Positions 1-8,461 of a DNA stretch of 64,000 nt are shown one piece after another. Each line of letters opens with the position of its first letter. Position 1 is the first letter of the stretch. The position numbers were made by a program, and so were the translations under genes. Below the pieces are notes generated by a model, which did no database searches, had not been told where the DNA came from, and was given only the letters and a program-made list of their open reading frames with translations. Source of the DNA: Candidatus Omnitrophota bacterium (GTDB taxonomy: Bacteria > Omnitrophota > Gorgyraeia > Gygaellales > Profunditerraquicolaceae); NCBI GenBank assembly GCA_028712375.1, contig JAQTQG010000003.1:14619-78618 (forward strand), in the 5' to 3' direction.

Positions 1-238
1 TCTGCCAGCTCATTACTTCCGGAGATTCCGGAAAATCATTTACCAACTTCTGATAAAACAACTTGGCTTCCAACAGGCTGCCTTTAGACTCGAGTTGGCG
101 CGCCTGAGCGGACAAAGAACGCGCTGATGAATGGCCGGGAGCTTGAACAGTTTTATTTATTTTTCTGCCGCTAAAAAAAATGGTGATCCCGGCTAACGCA
201 ACCACCGCTATAATTATAATTAAAATTATTTTTTTCAC
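1..238 (-). CDS. Partial CDS (N-terminal part; continues beyond window start): membrane-anchored protein with a TPR/YbgF-like helical segment
   Basis: Manual minus-strand translation from GTG at 238 (GGGGGTGGAAA SD-like just upstream): VKKIILIIIIAVVALAGITIFF..., then ...SLLEAKLFYQKLVNDFPESPEV. Open to the window edge. Absent from the ORF track because it is truncated. Confidence 0.4.
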   Translation of the reverse strand, partial: MKKIILIIIIAVVALAGITIFFSGRKINKTVQAPGHSSARSLSAQARQLESKGSLLEAKLFYQKLVNDFPESPEVMSWQ

Positions 239-256
239 TTTCCACCCCCTGTCCAT

Positions 257-706
257 TTAAATCCGGGACACTAGCGCAATCGCAATACCCAATAATAATC
301 CCATAATTACTTCTACCGGAGTATGCCCGATAAGTTCACGCAGGCGCATTTGCTGAATTTTACCCCGCCAATAAATATCTTCCATAATTGTGTTTAGGAT
401 ACTGGCCTGTTTACCTGTGGAACGGCGAACACCCTGCGCATCAAACATTACGACAATCGCAAAAGCAAAAGCCAGGGCGAAATAAACACTATCAAACCCG
501 CATTCTAAACCGATACTAGTCGCTAAACATGCCGCGCCGGCAGCATGCGCAGAAGGCATGCCTCCGCTACCGATAAATAAACGAAAATCGAATTTCTTTT
601 TACGGAACACTCCAATGACCACCTTAATCGTCTGGGCGATCAACCAGGCAGAAACGGTAGACATTAAAATCTTATTCCGGTATATTTCGGTAAAAAATTC
701 CTTCAT
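257..706 (-). CDS. Divergent PAP2 / YuiD-like integral membrane protein
   Basis: 149-aa ORF with several hydrophobic helices. Motifs GSGGMPSAHAAGAA and MFDAQGVRRSTGKQA, recalled from the divergent-PAP2 (acid phosphatase/vanadium haloperoxidase-related) family. Confidence 0.7.
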   Translation of the reverse strand: MKEFFTEIYRNKILMSTVSAWLIAQTIKVVIGVFRKKKFDFRLFIGSGGMPSAHAAGAACLATSIGLECGFDSVYFALAFAFAIVVMFDAQGVRRSTGKQASILNTIMEDIYWRGKIQQMRLRELIGHTPVEVIMGLLLGIAIALVSRI

Positions 707-1317
707 TATTCTTCGAGTTTTCCCGTTTCTTCAGAAAACGGCATGGGCCTGCCTGTAGCAGGAGTAACTTCAATTATTATTTTTTCAGATGTCAGGCGCC
801 CATCCTTAATTAAAAAACCACGGTTGCCTTCTATTTCCAACCCGAGAGCTTTACGTCTTTTAGACTTTAATTCTTTGATTGCCTTCTTTAATTCCGCCAC
901 TGAACCCAATTTCAGCTTGAATCGCTCGTTTTCAGAAAAAATACGCCTATGAATACCGATCAACGCCCGGTTTTCCGCTTTTAAGACCGTAAGCTTGGCA
1001 TTTGCTTCTTCAAGCTCATTCTGGGCTTTCGAGCTATCACGAAAAAGGCGCTTTATTTTCTTCATACTGGCCTTTAAATAAACCTTGAGATTTGTATTTT
1101 TGGCCGCCAGCTGCGCGTTAAGCTCTTGCTCTTTCTCCAGTTCTTGCAATAAGTTTTGTTTCTCTTGTGTTAAAATTGAAATTTTCCCTTGAGCCTGGAC
1201 CAGACTATCCTGAAGCCTGAATCTTGCCTTTAATTCGCTCACATACCTGACCATACTAAAAACAGTGACCACTAATAATAAGATGAGTGCCAGGTTTTTA
1301 ATCTTGTCTTTGGTCAT
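706..1317 (-). CDS. Membrane-anchored coiled-coil protein, function unknown
   Basis: 203-aa ORF. N-terminal hydrophobic helix (LALILLLVVTVFSMV), then K/E/L/Q-rich heptad-like sequence. The stop abuts the next gene's start at 706. Confidence 0.55.
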   Translation of the reverse strand: MTKDKIKNLALILLLVVTVFSMVRYVSELKARFRLQDSLVQAQGKISILTQEKQNLLQELEKEQELNAQLAAKNTNLKVYLKASMKKIKRLFRDSSKAQNELEEANAKLTVLKAENRALIGIHRRIFSENERFKLKLGSVAELKKAIKELKSKRRKALGLEIEGNRGFLIKDGRLTSEKIIIEVTPATGRPMPFSEETGKLEE

Positions 1318-1509
1318 AACGTTATATTATATATTCCCTTACTTAAAAAGCAAGTTATTTTCCTTAAAACCCGGTTAGATTGCCGGCCTTAATCCGTCTA
1401 TTATCTTGGAAGGAGCAACCGCGCGCATACTGTGCATACCACCTGATAGGATTGACGGGGTACCGACACAAGTACAACGGGCATCGGATGCGTCCCACGT
1501 GGAGGAAAT

Positions 1510-1736
1510 ATGATCGCTAAGACTTATAGTTTTGGCCTGCTGGGCCTGGAGGCTTACCCGGTAGAGATTGAAATTGATGTAGCAAGCGGACTGCCGGCGA
1601 TTAACCTGGTAGGGCTGGCCGATACCGCAATTAAAGAAAGTAAAGAGAGAGTGCGCTCGGCCATTAAAAATTCAGGGTTCCAATGGCCTGCCCAAAGAAT
1701 AACGGTAAACCTGGCCCCTTCCGATATCAAGAAAGA
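1510..1736 (+). pseudogene. comM: comM (Mg-chelatase-like / YifB family AAA+ competence protein), 5' fragment interrupted by island insertion
   Basis: GGAGG SD upstream of ATG 1510. MIAKTYSFGLLGLEAYPVEIEIDV...RITVNLAPSDIKK is colinear with ComM/YifB N-termini. Similarity stops at the att repeat and the frame runs into island DNA to a stop at 1812. Confidence 0.85.
1723..1736. repeat. attL core: GATATCAAGAAAGA, imperfect direct repeat of 20964-20977
   Basis: 13/14 identity with GATATCAAAAAAGA at 20964-20977. Both copies lie in the comM reading frame (codons D-I-K-K). Confidence 0.7.
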
Positions 1737-1774
1737 CGATACCAAAAAACCAGGATTCCCCCCCTACTTTTCCT

Positions 1775-3238
1775 CTAAAAGTTATACTCAATCTCTATCT
1801 TTCCCCCTATAAATACCCTGATAACCTTAATTAAGTCGTTAATCAAATCTCTTTTTTCCTGATCATTAGCCTCAGCCCAGGTAGACTTAAACTCCTTATA
1901 GAATCTACTTTGGCTCTTAAAATCATCCTTTTTTGTTTGTTCTCGCTCAAGTTTAATTCTAGCCTCTAAGATAGAGCATCCTATGCTATCTATTTCTTGT
2001 TTTATCCTCTCCAGCCTACTTAGGACGTCCTCATCATCCGATTTTTCAAGGGCGTTAAGTATCCTTTCTTTTGCCCTTTTTTTACCCTGAAGAGAATCTT
2101 CCTTATTTTTTATCTCTCCTCTAAGTCGGGTAATTTCTATCTGGGAATTTATTTTAAGATGTTTGAATAAATAAGATTCATCTGAAGATAATCCTTCCAC
2201 GTGTTTGAAAATCTCTTCCAGCACCTTATTTTCTAGAAAATCTTTACGATAATTTTTTCTATGCCTACACTTTCCGGGGTTCGTTCTTCTAAGAGAACAG
2301 GCATAATAATACAGATTTCCCCCGATCTTCTTCTGGCTCTTAGTTTGCTTCTGAACTAATTGGTGTCCACACTCACCGCACTGGGCAACATCCCTGATAA
2401 AGAATCCGGGAGCAATAAGTCCAACCTGAGCATGATTCTGGAAGTTCTGTTTTAAAATCTCCTGGGCCTTGGTAAAAACATCTTCACTAATTATCTCTGG
2501 ATGTTTTTTCTCATAGGTTTTTCCCTTTACCATCATCCTGCCTGTATATTTAACATTCTTTAGTATCCGTCTAATCTGCGTGTCTCTTATCAAAAAAGGT
2601 AAAGCGATCTTCTGATTTATCAATTCTTTTACTACTCGCTTATTACTCTTAAACCTGTTATACAGCTCGAAAATTAATCTTACTTTCTCGGCTTCTTCTT
2701 CAACTATAACAAAATGCTTGTTCTCTGATCTATAACCAAATGGAGGATACCCGCCGAAGTTTGTCCCATCCCGAGCAACCTTAATATATCTAGCAGTTAG
2801 GTTACGTTCTCTTATAGTATTTAATTCCATCTCGGCAAAGATCGCAGTTATCTGCATTACAAGTTTCCCCATATCACTAGAGGTATCAAAGGGCTGAGTA
2901 GCTGAAATGAAGACAACTTTGTTCTGCTCAAACTCTTTAAACAAGGTTAGCGTATCAAGAGCAGACCTTGAAATTCTATCAAGACGCCAAACCAATAGGG
3001 CTTTAACCTGGCCTTTGGCGATATCAGCCCTCAGCCTTTGTAATTCAGGCCTTTCGGTGTCGCTACCGCTTAGTTTATCAATATAGAAATCGGAATCTGT
3101 AAGAGGAAGATACCCGTGCAGCTTAGCGCTGTTTAAAATACCTTCCTTCTGCATATCAAGCCCAACCCTATTTACTTCGGCCTGCTCAAGCGTTGAAACT
3201 CGGAGATACGCTTTCGGTTTTATCTGTTCTGTGTTCAT
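1775..3238 (-). CDS. Large serine recombinase (resolvase domain + recombinase domain + Zn ribbon + coiled coil)
   Basis: YLRVSTLEQ (catalytic Ser), VWRLDRISR, GGYPPFGYR, CGECGH...YYYACS...CRHR Zn ribbon, and a K/E-rich coiled-coil tail. The track ORF starts at TTG 3262; ATG 3238 (MNTEQIK) is the more likely start. Confidence 0.95.
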   Translation of the reverse strand: MNTEQIKPKAYLRVSTLEQAEVNRVGLDMQKEGILNSAKLHGYLPLTDSDFYIDKLSGSDTERPELQRLRADIAKGQVKALLVWRLDRISRSALDTLTLFKEFEQNKVVFISATQPFDTSSDMGKLVMQITAIFAEMELNTIRERNLTARYIKVARDGTNFGGYPPFGYRSENKHFVIVEEEAEKVRLIFELYNRFKSNKRVVKELINQKIALPFLIRDTQIRRILKNVKYTGRMMVKGKTYEKKHPEIISEDVFTKAQEILKQNFQNHAQVGLIAPGFFIRDVAQCGECGHQLVQKQTKSQKKIGGNLYYYACSLRRTNPGKCRHRKNYRKDFLENKVLEEIFKHVEGLSSDESYLFKHLKINSQIEITRLRGEIKNKEDSLQGKKRAKERILNALEKSDDEDVLSRLERIKQEIDSIGCSILEARIKLEREQTKKDDFKSQSRFYKEFKSTWAEANDQEKRDLINDLIKVIRVFIGGKIEIEYNF

Positions 3239-3397
3239 TAGTTTTATTTTGCCTTCTTTCAACTATCTTTTTTACTATCTCCCAAAAATGATCTTCGTTT
3301 TCGTTCTTTACTAAATTAGATTTCATTTACTTTTCTCCTTGCTCTATACTTTGTCCTAAACATTGTCTTTTTTACAGTGTAAGATCAAAAAAAATCC

Positions 3398-3913
3398 TTA
3401 CTTGTTCTGGCTGATCAAAGTCACCATCTGTATATTCTCGAAATTCTTTCTACTTTCTATCTCAAGTATTTTATCCGCTTTATCTATCCGGTCATCAATT
3501 TCGTTGCAAATATCCAAATACCGGGTGACATTATCCAAAAGCTGTTGATGATCAGCCTTATGGTCTTCTTTTACAACGCCTAATCGTAGGACCAGATCAG
3601 CATATGACACTTTTCCAGTCGGTATCTCATGACCTTTTAAGACAATAGGAGAATCTATGATCTGTTTTCTTAAATTAAGAAAGTCCTTTATCCTCTTAAG
3701 CGACATCCCTATCATCTTCATAGTAAGGACTTGTTTTATTGTGTCGACTACCTCTCGGCCATATACCCGGTATCTATTCTCCATCTTTTCCGGTGAGAAC
3801 AATCCATAATCCTCGTATTTTCTGAGCTGCTCGCTGGATATATCAAAGCCTTGACGCTGCAACTCTTCGGCTAATTCCGTTCTTAAAAGTCCATCTACTG
3901 GTGATTTATCCAT
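3398..3913 (-). CDS. MerR-type HTH protein (possible regulator or recombination directionality factor)
   Basis: 171 aa. ...QLRKYEDYGLFSPEKMENRYRVYGREVVDTIKQVLTMKMIGMSLKRIKDFL fits the MerR HTH plus dimerisation-helix pattern. It lies immediately upstream of the recombinase. Confidence 0.6.
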   Translation of the reverse strand: MDKSPVDGLLRTELAEELQRQGFDISSEQLRKYEDYGLFSPEKMENRYRVYGREVVDTIKQVLTMKMIGMSLKRIKDFLNLRKQIIDSPIVLKGHEIPTGKVSYADLVLRLGVVKEDHKADHQQLLDNVTRYLDICNEIDDRIDKADKILEIESRKNFENIQMVTLISQNK

Positions 3914-4061
3914 CTGTATCCTTTCCTGACATTAAGACTGTCTTTAAGGCTGTCTTATTATAATCACATCATAGCCTATTTGTCAAGAAATTTCTTTAGT
4001 TATTTTTTGTAGATAAACTGTCTTTTAAAACTCGGCATTTTCTCCGTCTGCGGTAATTAAT

Positions 4062-4370
4062 TTACGTCTTTTTAAGTGGCGTACCATCTGAATCTACCAT
4101 CCTATTTGAAACAATTAGAATTAGATCGATTAACCACCACATGCCAAGACCTCCAAGCGTGCATAATTTCAATATCCCTAACCCTACGTAACCAAGATAG
4201 AATCTATCAAATCCCCAATATCCGAGAAAAAGAGAAAGCAATAACGCCACTAACCAACTTTTACCTTCTTTCTGTAGCCCACTAATTGATCTTCCAGATA
4301 CTGCACAACCGCACTTAACGCAAATAACGGCTTCATTGTCTATCTCTGCACCACATTTTTGACAAAACAT
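4062..4370 (-). CDS. Zn-ribbon + TM2-domain membrane protein
   Basis: N-terminal CQKCG...CVKCG ribbon. C-terminal [27 protein letters not shown]...[10 protein letters not shown] matches the TM2-domain pattern. Confidence 0.75.
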   Translation of the reverse strand: MFCQKCGAEIDNEAVICVKCGCAVSGRSISGLQKEGKSWLVALLLSLFLGYWGFDRFYLGYVGLGILKLCTLGGLGMWWLIDLILIVSNRMVDSDGTPLKKT

Positions 4371-4392
4371 TAAAGCCTCCTTTATCTTAAAT

Positions 4393-4764
4393 TTATCTTC
4401 CAGTTATAGAATTAATTATAGTCATAGGATGGACAAACCACAGAATAAGAAGTATTGTGAAAATTGTCCCCATAATTACGCCAAACATAGCCCTACCCAT
4501 TCCGTGTTTTTCAGGGTTTCTCTTAATGTCCCTTATCGCGAGAATACCAAATAGCAAAGCAAACGGAGCTGGAATAAAAAGAATGGAAAAGAAAGCTAAA
4601 TAGCCCGCTGTAATAGCATATCCTGATCTTCCCACTGGCAATAAAGCACGAACAAGGGCATCCTGTCCTGGATCCTTGTTTATTTTTGCTCCTGTAGGAA
4701 CTCCGCACTTCATACAAACAACAGCATCGTCTTTAATTTCTCCACCGCATTTTCTACAAAACAT
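4393..4764 (-). CDS. Zn-ribbon + DUF4190-like membrane protein
   Basis: CRKCG...CMKCG ribbon. Two hydrophobic helices flank [26 protein letters not shown], the DUF4190-like pattern as I recall it. Confidence 0.65.
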   Translation of the reverse strand: MFCRKCGGEIKDDAVVCMKCGVPTGAKINKDPGQDALVRALLPVGRSGYAITAGYLAFFSILFIPAPFALLFGILAIRDIKRNPEKHGMGRAMFGVIMGTIFTILLILWFVHPMTIINSITGR

Positions 4765-4835
4765 TTTGCTCCTCCCTTTTATTTCCGAAACCAGGTCTTT
4801 TATTCCTTAGTATTTTAGCTATATGTAGATAGCTC

Positions 4836-5228
4836 TTAATTCTTTCGGACACATTCTGCCTCGACTATATTCCCCCCAGGCATTACTGTGAACATTTTAG
4901 TTCCCGTGGTTCCACAAACAGACGGTGCTGCAATAATCCCATATTCGTTAGGAAATAAATTTACTCCATAGTAGTAGCCATTCACTGTTTTGCTATTGTA
5001 AGCTTCAAAATTAGCGAAATATTGAGTAACCTCATCTCCAGTAGTAGGATATTGCCCCCCGTGGGAAGATGCATAAACCTCAAGCGCTGTAGATATATAC
5101 CTAACCGTTGCTTTTGCAGCAGCTTCATTTTTTGCTATATTATTTCCACAACCCATTACAAAACCCCCAATCAGGACACCCATTAACACAATCCAAACTT
5201 TTCTCATTCTACTCCCTCCTTTTTTCAT
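4836..5228 (-). CDS. Small lipoprotein, function unknown
   Basis: Signal peptide with lipobox (GGFVMGC). The mature part AKATVRYISTALEVYASSHGGQYP resembles pilin-like helices but lacks a prepilin cleavage motif. Confidence 0.55.
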   Translation of the reverse strand: MKKGGSRMRKVWIVLMGVLIGGFVMGCGNNIAKNEAAAKATVRYISTALEVYASSHGGQYPTTGDEVTQYFANFEAYNSKTVNGYYYGVNLFPNEYGIIAAPSVCGTTGTKMFTVMPGGNIVEAECVRKN

Positions 5229-5235
5229 ATATTAT

Positions 5236-5253
5236 CACCTAATTTAATAGGTG
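5236..5253. promoter_or_regulatory. Candidate operator: CACCTA-N6-TAGGTG inverted repeat in a divergent promoter region
   Basis: Perfect 6-bp arms separated by ATTTAA. A further TAGGTG half-site lies at 5277-5282, overlapping the possible GTG start of the XRE gene. Confidence 0.3.
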
Positions 5254-5279
5254 TAAATAGAAAAGACCGACAATAGTAG

Positions 5280-5531
5280 GTGTTCAAAGAGAGGATTTTA
5301 TTGGAAAATGTTAATATGGAAAACATCAATATCAGGTTCGGTAAACATTTGAGGGAATTAAGGAAGGAACGGGAACTGACACAAGAAGAGCTTGCTGAGA
5401 TTTCGGGGCTTGACTATAAATATATCCAACGTCTGGAAGGTAAAAAGCCTTCTTCTCCTACCCTAAATTCATTAGAAAAGATTGCTAAAGCCTTTAATAT
5501 AAGACTCTCAAAATTACTTAAATTTAATTAA
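5280..5531 (+). CDS. XRE-family HTH transcriptional regulator
   Basis: FGKHLRELRKERELTQEELAEISGLDYKYIQRLEGKKPSSPTLNSLEKIAKAFN is a canonical Cro/CI-type HTH. The start is either GTG 5280 or the in-frame ATG 5316. Confidence 0.85.
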   Translation: MFKERILLENVNMENINIRFGKHLRELRKERELTQEELAEISGLDYKYIQRLEGKKPSSPTLNSLEKIAKAFNIRLSKLLKFN

Positions 5532-6193
5532 TACCAACCATCAAGAATACACATTAGAATGCTTAATTCGTTAAGAACGGCCCGAAACTTCTTGTCCTTC
5601 TTGTAGTGCTTGTTATAAGATTCTTCACCTTGGACAACAAGATATTTCTTCTTTTTTGAATCCCAATCGAATTTAATCCTTGTGCCTTCGGCCTTAGTCG
5701 TAACAGTACGGAGTACTCCATCCTTCTTCATTCTCTTAGCATATTCTTCCTCTGGAATGCCGTCTTTACGAGCATGCTTGCCAATAAACTTCTCATGGAT
5801 CTCACGCACATAATCAATCCACTCTTGCTCTTCACTAGGCGGCTTATAACCTTCTGGCAGAATATCACTCATCTTCTTTGCATTACTCACATAACGAGAA
5901 TAAGCCGTAACATCACCAGTGCCGATCCAACGGTCAATGTCACTCTTGCGGAATATGGCTCTACCATCAGCTATACGTGAGAACGGCATCTTTTCCTGAC
6001 GCACCCAACCATCTATAGTCGTTTGTGGCACGCAAAGATATTCTGCTACTTGGACCTTACTTAAATGAATCCTTTTTGTTTTTTTGAATGTTTCGGATTC
6101 TTGGAGGGATTTTTGATCTAAAAACTCACCACAATGACGACACTTAATAGCTTCTTCTTGGATTTCTTCAGCACAAAATGGACATTTCTTCAT
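5528..6193 (-). CDS. Zn-ribbon + excisionase-type (HTH_17-like) DNA-binding protein with an uncharacterised C-terminal domain
   Basis: CPFC...CRHCG ribbon. LSKVQVAEYLCVPQTTIDGWVRQEKMPFSRIADGRAIFRKSDIDRWI fits the excisionase/MerR-like HTH_17 pattern. It starts 5 nt after the upstream gene's stop. Confidence 0.65.
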   Translation of the reverse strand: MKKCPFCAEEIQEEAIKCRHCGEFLDQKSLQESETFKKTKRIHLSKVQVAEYLCVPQTTIDGWVRQEKMPFSRIADGRAIFRKSDIDRWIGTGDVTAYSRYVSNAKKMSDILPEGYKPPSEEQEWIDYVREIHEKFIGKHARKDGIPEEEYAKRMKKDGVLRTVTTKAEGTRIKFDWDSKKKKYLVVQGEESYNKHYKKDKKFRAVLNELSILMCILDGWY

Positions 6194-6198
6194 ATCAA

Positions 6199-7509
6199 TT
6201 ATTTAGCTAAAGTAAGGCTTTTGAGTGAGTTGGCAAAAAATTCACCAATTATAGATTCTTCATAAGAGATGCTCTCACCTTTAGGTAAGATATAGAGATT
6301 CTTGATTTCATTCATAAGAGAACGGTAATTCTGAACATCAATTGAACTAGAATTAAGATTATCTCTATAGGGGTTAAGTGTTTTCATTTTTTCATTAAGA
6401 TCTTCAATTTTAGAGAAAATTTTATTAATTCTGTTAAAAATTACCTGGTTGGTATAAAACACTTCAAGCTTAATCAACTCTGGCCACATAGCATGCTTAT
6501 TTGCAGTATTAAAATCTTTATAATTCAATAATACCCAATGCGAATCTGCGTATAAATAATTATTTACCCCTATAAAAAGTAGCTGATAGTATTCTTTTAA
6601 ATCCCCATCAAGAGCAGCTAGATAATTACGGGTCACCTTTGCCTCGGGATCTGAATTTATCTTCTTTAAAACAATATCGCCTTTTCGACTCAACTCCTCT
6701 TCTTCGGATTTAATGAATTTTCTAACCTTTTCCTTAGAAATTTCAGTTACATTATCCAATAGCCATTTTGCTACTGTGAGCTTAAAATTTCTTAAACCAC
6801 CATATGAAAGATGCTCTAGGCCATCAATATCAGTAAATTTTTCTACTTCAGGCCGTAGTAAAAGACAAACTTTTATTCCTAATCCATGCATTAAACCATA
6901 CTCATAACTAACACTGTTACTTGCAGAAGATATATCTACAATTCCATATTTACAGGTTTTTATTAATTTGCAAACTTTACAAAGAACAGCTTCAGAGGTT
7001 AATTTATCCTTGGCTATGATTGGAATTAAACCAAACTTAGTTAATATTTCTTTTAAAGCTGATTCGCAATCCTCATATTTTTGATAAGGTATATCTAAAA
7101 AAACGTTATTCTCGTTAAATTCCTGTGTAATTTCATTATTCAAATCACAAGCATCCTTTGCTAAAGGCCCACAGGCATTAATAAAGACTTTTTCCGAATC
7201 CACACTTTTTTGTTTAGGCTTTGTAGCATTCTCCTTGCCACTTTCTTTTTCCAATTTTAACTCTTCTATTGCCATCTGAACTTGACTTTTCATTATGTTG
7301 AATGCTGGTTTCAAAGTATAAGAAGAAAGTGGTAAATTAATTTTGTGGGCATTTTGTATAAAATTATAGTAATATTGTTCATTAAATTTCAACAATGGTG
7401 CAACTTTGTTCGACCAATCAATACATGCTTGCTGAGAAGGAAATCCCTTTTCGACTTCCTCTATATTATAAAGATCTTGTAATTTTTTTAAAATTCCACC
7501 GAAATCCAT
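6199..7509 (-). CDS. Hypothetical protein with a central TIR / nucleoside 2-deoxyribosyltransferase-like Rossmannoid core
   Basis: 436 aa. VFLDIPY...ALKEILTKFGLIPIIAKD...CKYGIVDISSASNSVSYEYGLMHGLGIKVCLLL follows the beta-alpha pattern with a conserved Glu after the third strand, as in TIR/NDT-like domains. The flanking N- and C-terminal regions are unrecognised. Confidence 0.5.
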   Translation of the reverse strand: MDFGGILKKLQDLYNIEEVEKGFPSQQACIDWSNKVAPLLKFNEQYYYNFIQNAHKINLPLSSYTLKPAFNIMKSQVQMAIEELKLEKESGKENATKPKQKSVDSEKVFINACGPLAKDACDLNNEITQEFNENNVFLDIPYQKYEDCESALKEILTKFGLIPIIAKDKLTSEAVLCKVCKLIKTCKYGIVDISSASNSVSYEYGLMHGLGIKVCLLLRPEVEKFTDIDGLEHLSYGGLRNFKLTVAKWLLDNVTEISKEKVRKFIKSEEEELSRKGDIVLKKINSDPEAKVTRNYLAALDGDLKEYYQLLFIGVNNYLYADSHWVLLNYKDFNTANKHAMWPELIKLEVFYTNQVIFNRINKIFSKIEDLNEKMKTLNPYRDNLNSSSIDVQNYRSLMNEIKNLYILPKGESISYEESIIGEFFANSLKSLTLAK

Positions 7510-7558
7510 CTTTTAATATTTTTAAATATTTGTGGAGTAACCAGCAAGTAAGTTAACA

Positions 7559-8317
7559 TTACCCTACTTTAACTTCTTTCAGTATTTTCTGGTAAATACA
7601 GAAATCACAATCAGCACTATATTCAGGAACTACGGGACCCACCAAGCATTTATACATCTCAATAATCTTAGCCTCAATCCAAGAATCATTTCCGTCATAA
7701 GGTATTATTTTGATATCGAAATCAAGCTTTGCACTAAAGGTATCCCTGTCAGTAAGCCCATTGCAATACACAAAATAACCGGTTGGAGATACATTAAAAC
7801 CGTTTTTTCTGAATAACCACTGGTATATTTCCATCTGCCTCTTATAAGATATCTGCCAATCAGCATCTATGCTTACTTCTTCTTCCTTTGATGTGCTCTT
7901 GTAATCTACGATAAATAGCTGGCCATCCGATGAGGCCCAAACGTCATCTATCCCCCCTGTAAGTAAAAGATTTGTCGGTATGTGCAGATATTCAATACCA
8001 CCATGAAGAGCATCCCGCCAGATATTCAGCTTATCGTGCTTAAAAGGAACCGCCTTGATCCCATTTGCTTCCATAAGAGGATGGCTTATCTGTTTATTCC
8101 GATAGACATCGAATTCTTTCTTCAGTAACTTGTCTACTGCTGAATTTAGTGTAAAAGGGAACCCGGGTGGTTGCCCTACGCCTAATCTTCTGTCTAAATA
8201 GAAGCAACGTGGGCAATTTATGAATAGTTCAATTTTGGAGCGGCTTAGTTTAAATGGAATTTTACTATGCGGATCGAATAAATTCTTAGTTTTTCTACCA
8301 GTATAGTATTTAGACAT
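7559..8317 (-). CDS. PD-(D/E)XK nuclease, Cas4/RecB-like, with four terminal Cys
   Basis: GGIDDVW...LFIVDYKST (D...D-x-K), QMEIYQWLF (QxxxY), CPRC near the N-terminus and CDFC near the C-terminus (possible Fe-S or metal site). Confidence 0.8.
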   Translation of the reverse strand: MSKYYTGRKTKNLFDPHSKIPFKLSRSKIELFINCPRCFYLDRRLGVGQPPGFPFTLNSAVDKLLKKEFDVYRNKQISHPLMEANGIKAVPFKHDKLNIWRDALHGGIEYLHIPTNLLLTGGIDDVWASSDGQLFIVDYKSTSKEEEVSIDADWQISYKRQMEIYQWLFRKNGFNVSPTGYFVYCNGLTDRDTFSAKLDFDIKIIPYDGNDSWIEAKIIEMYKCLVGPVVPEYSADCDFCIYQKILKEVKVG

Positions 8318-8461
8318 AGACCTACAGACTATTATTCCCGATTCTTCTTTGGCTATCTGCCGCCGTAGAACTTAAACTAGGCTTGGATTTAGGTTATCTA
8401 TCCATCAGCTTAAAAGCTTCCCGCTTTCAACAATGCTGATGTAGTGAAAAAACTATAAATC

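Noticed and set aside
1405-1435. GGAAGGAGCAAC resembles the SRP (4.5S) RNA domain IV motif GGAAGGAAGCAGC.
   Set aside because: The 5' partner strand lacks the conserved AGG loop. The GGAA is not at the apex of a closable helix. The overall fold does not match a small SRP RNA.
3186-3326. 46-aa minus-strand ORF (MKSNLVKNENEDHFWEIVKK...) overlapping the recombinase start.
   Set aside because: It is very short, has no clear SD, and overlaps the recombinase N-terminus out of frame. It could be real, but it is unsupported.
4523-4717. Same-strand nested ORFs in alternative frames (also 42763-43035, 11086-11277 and 11701-11907).
   Set aside because: They are embedded in longer ORFs with recognisable domains. 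They are frame shadows.
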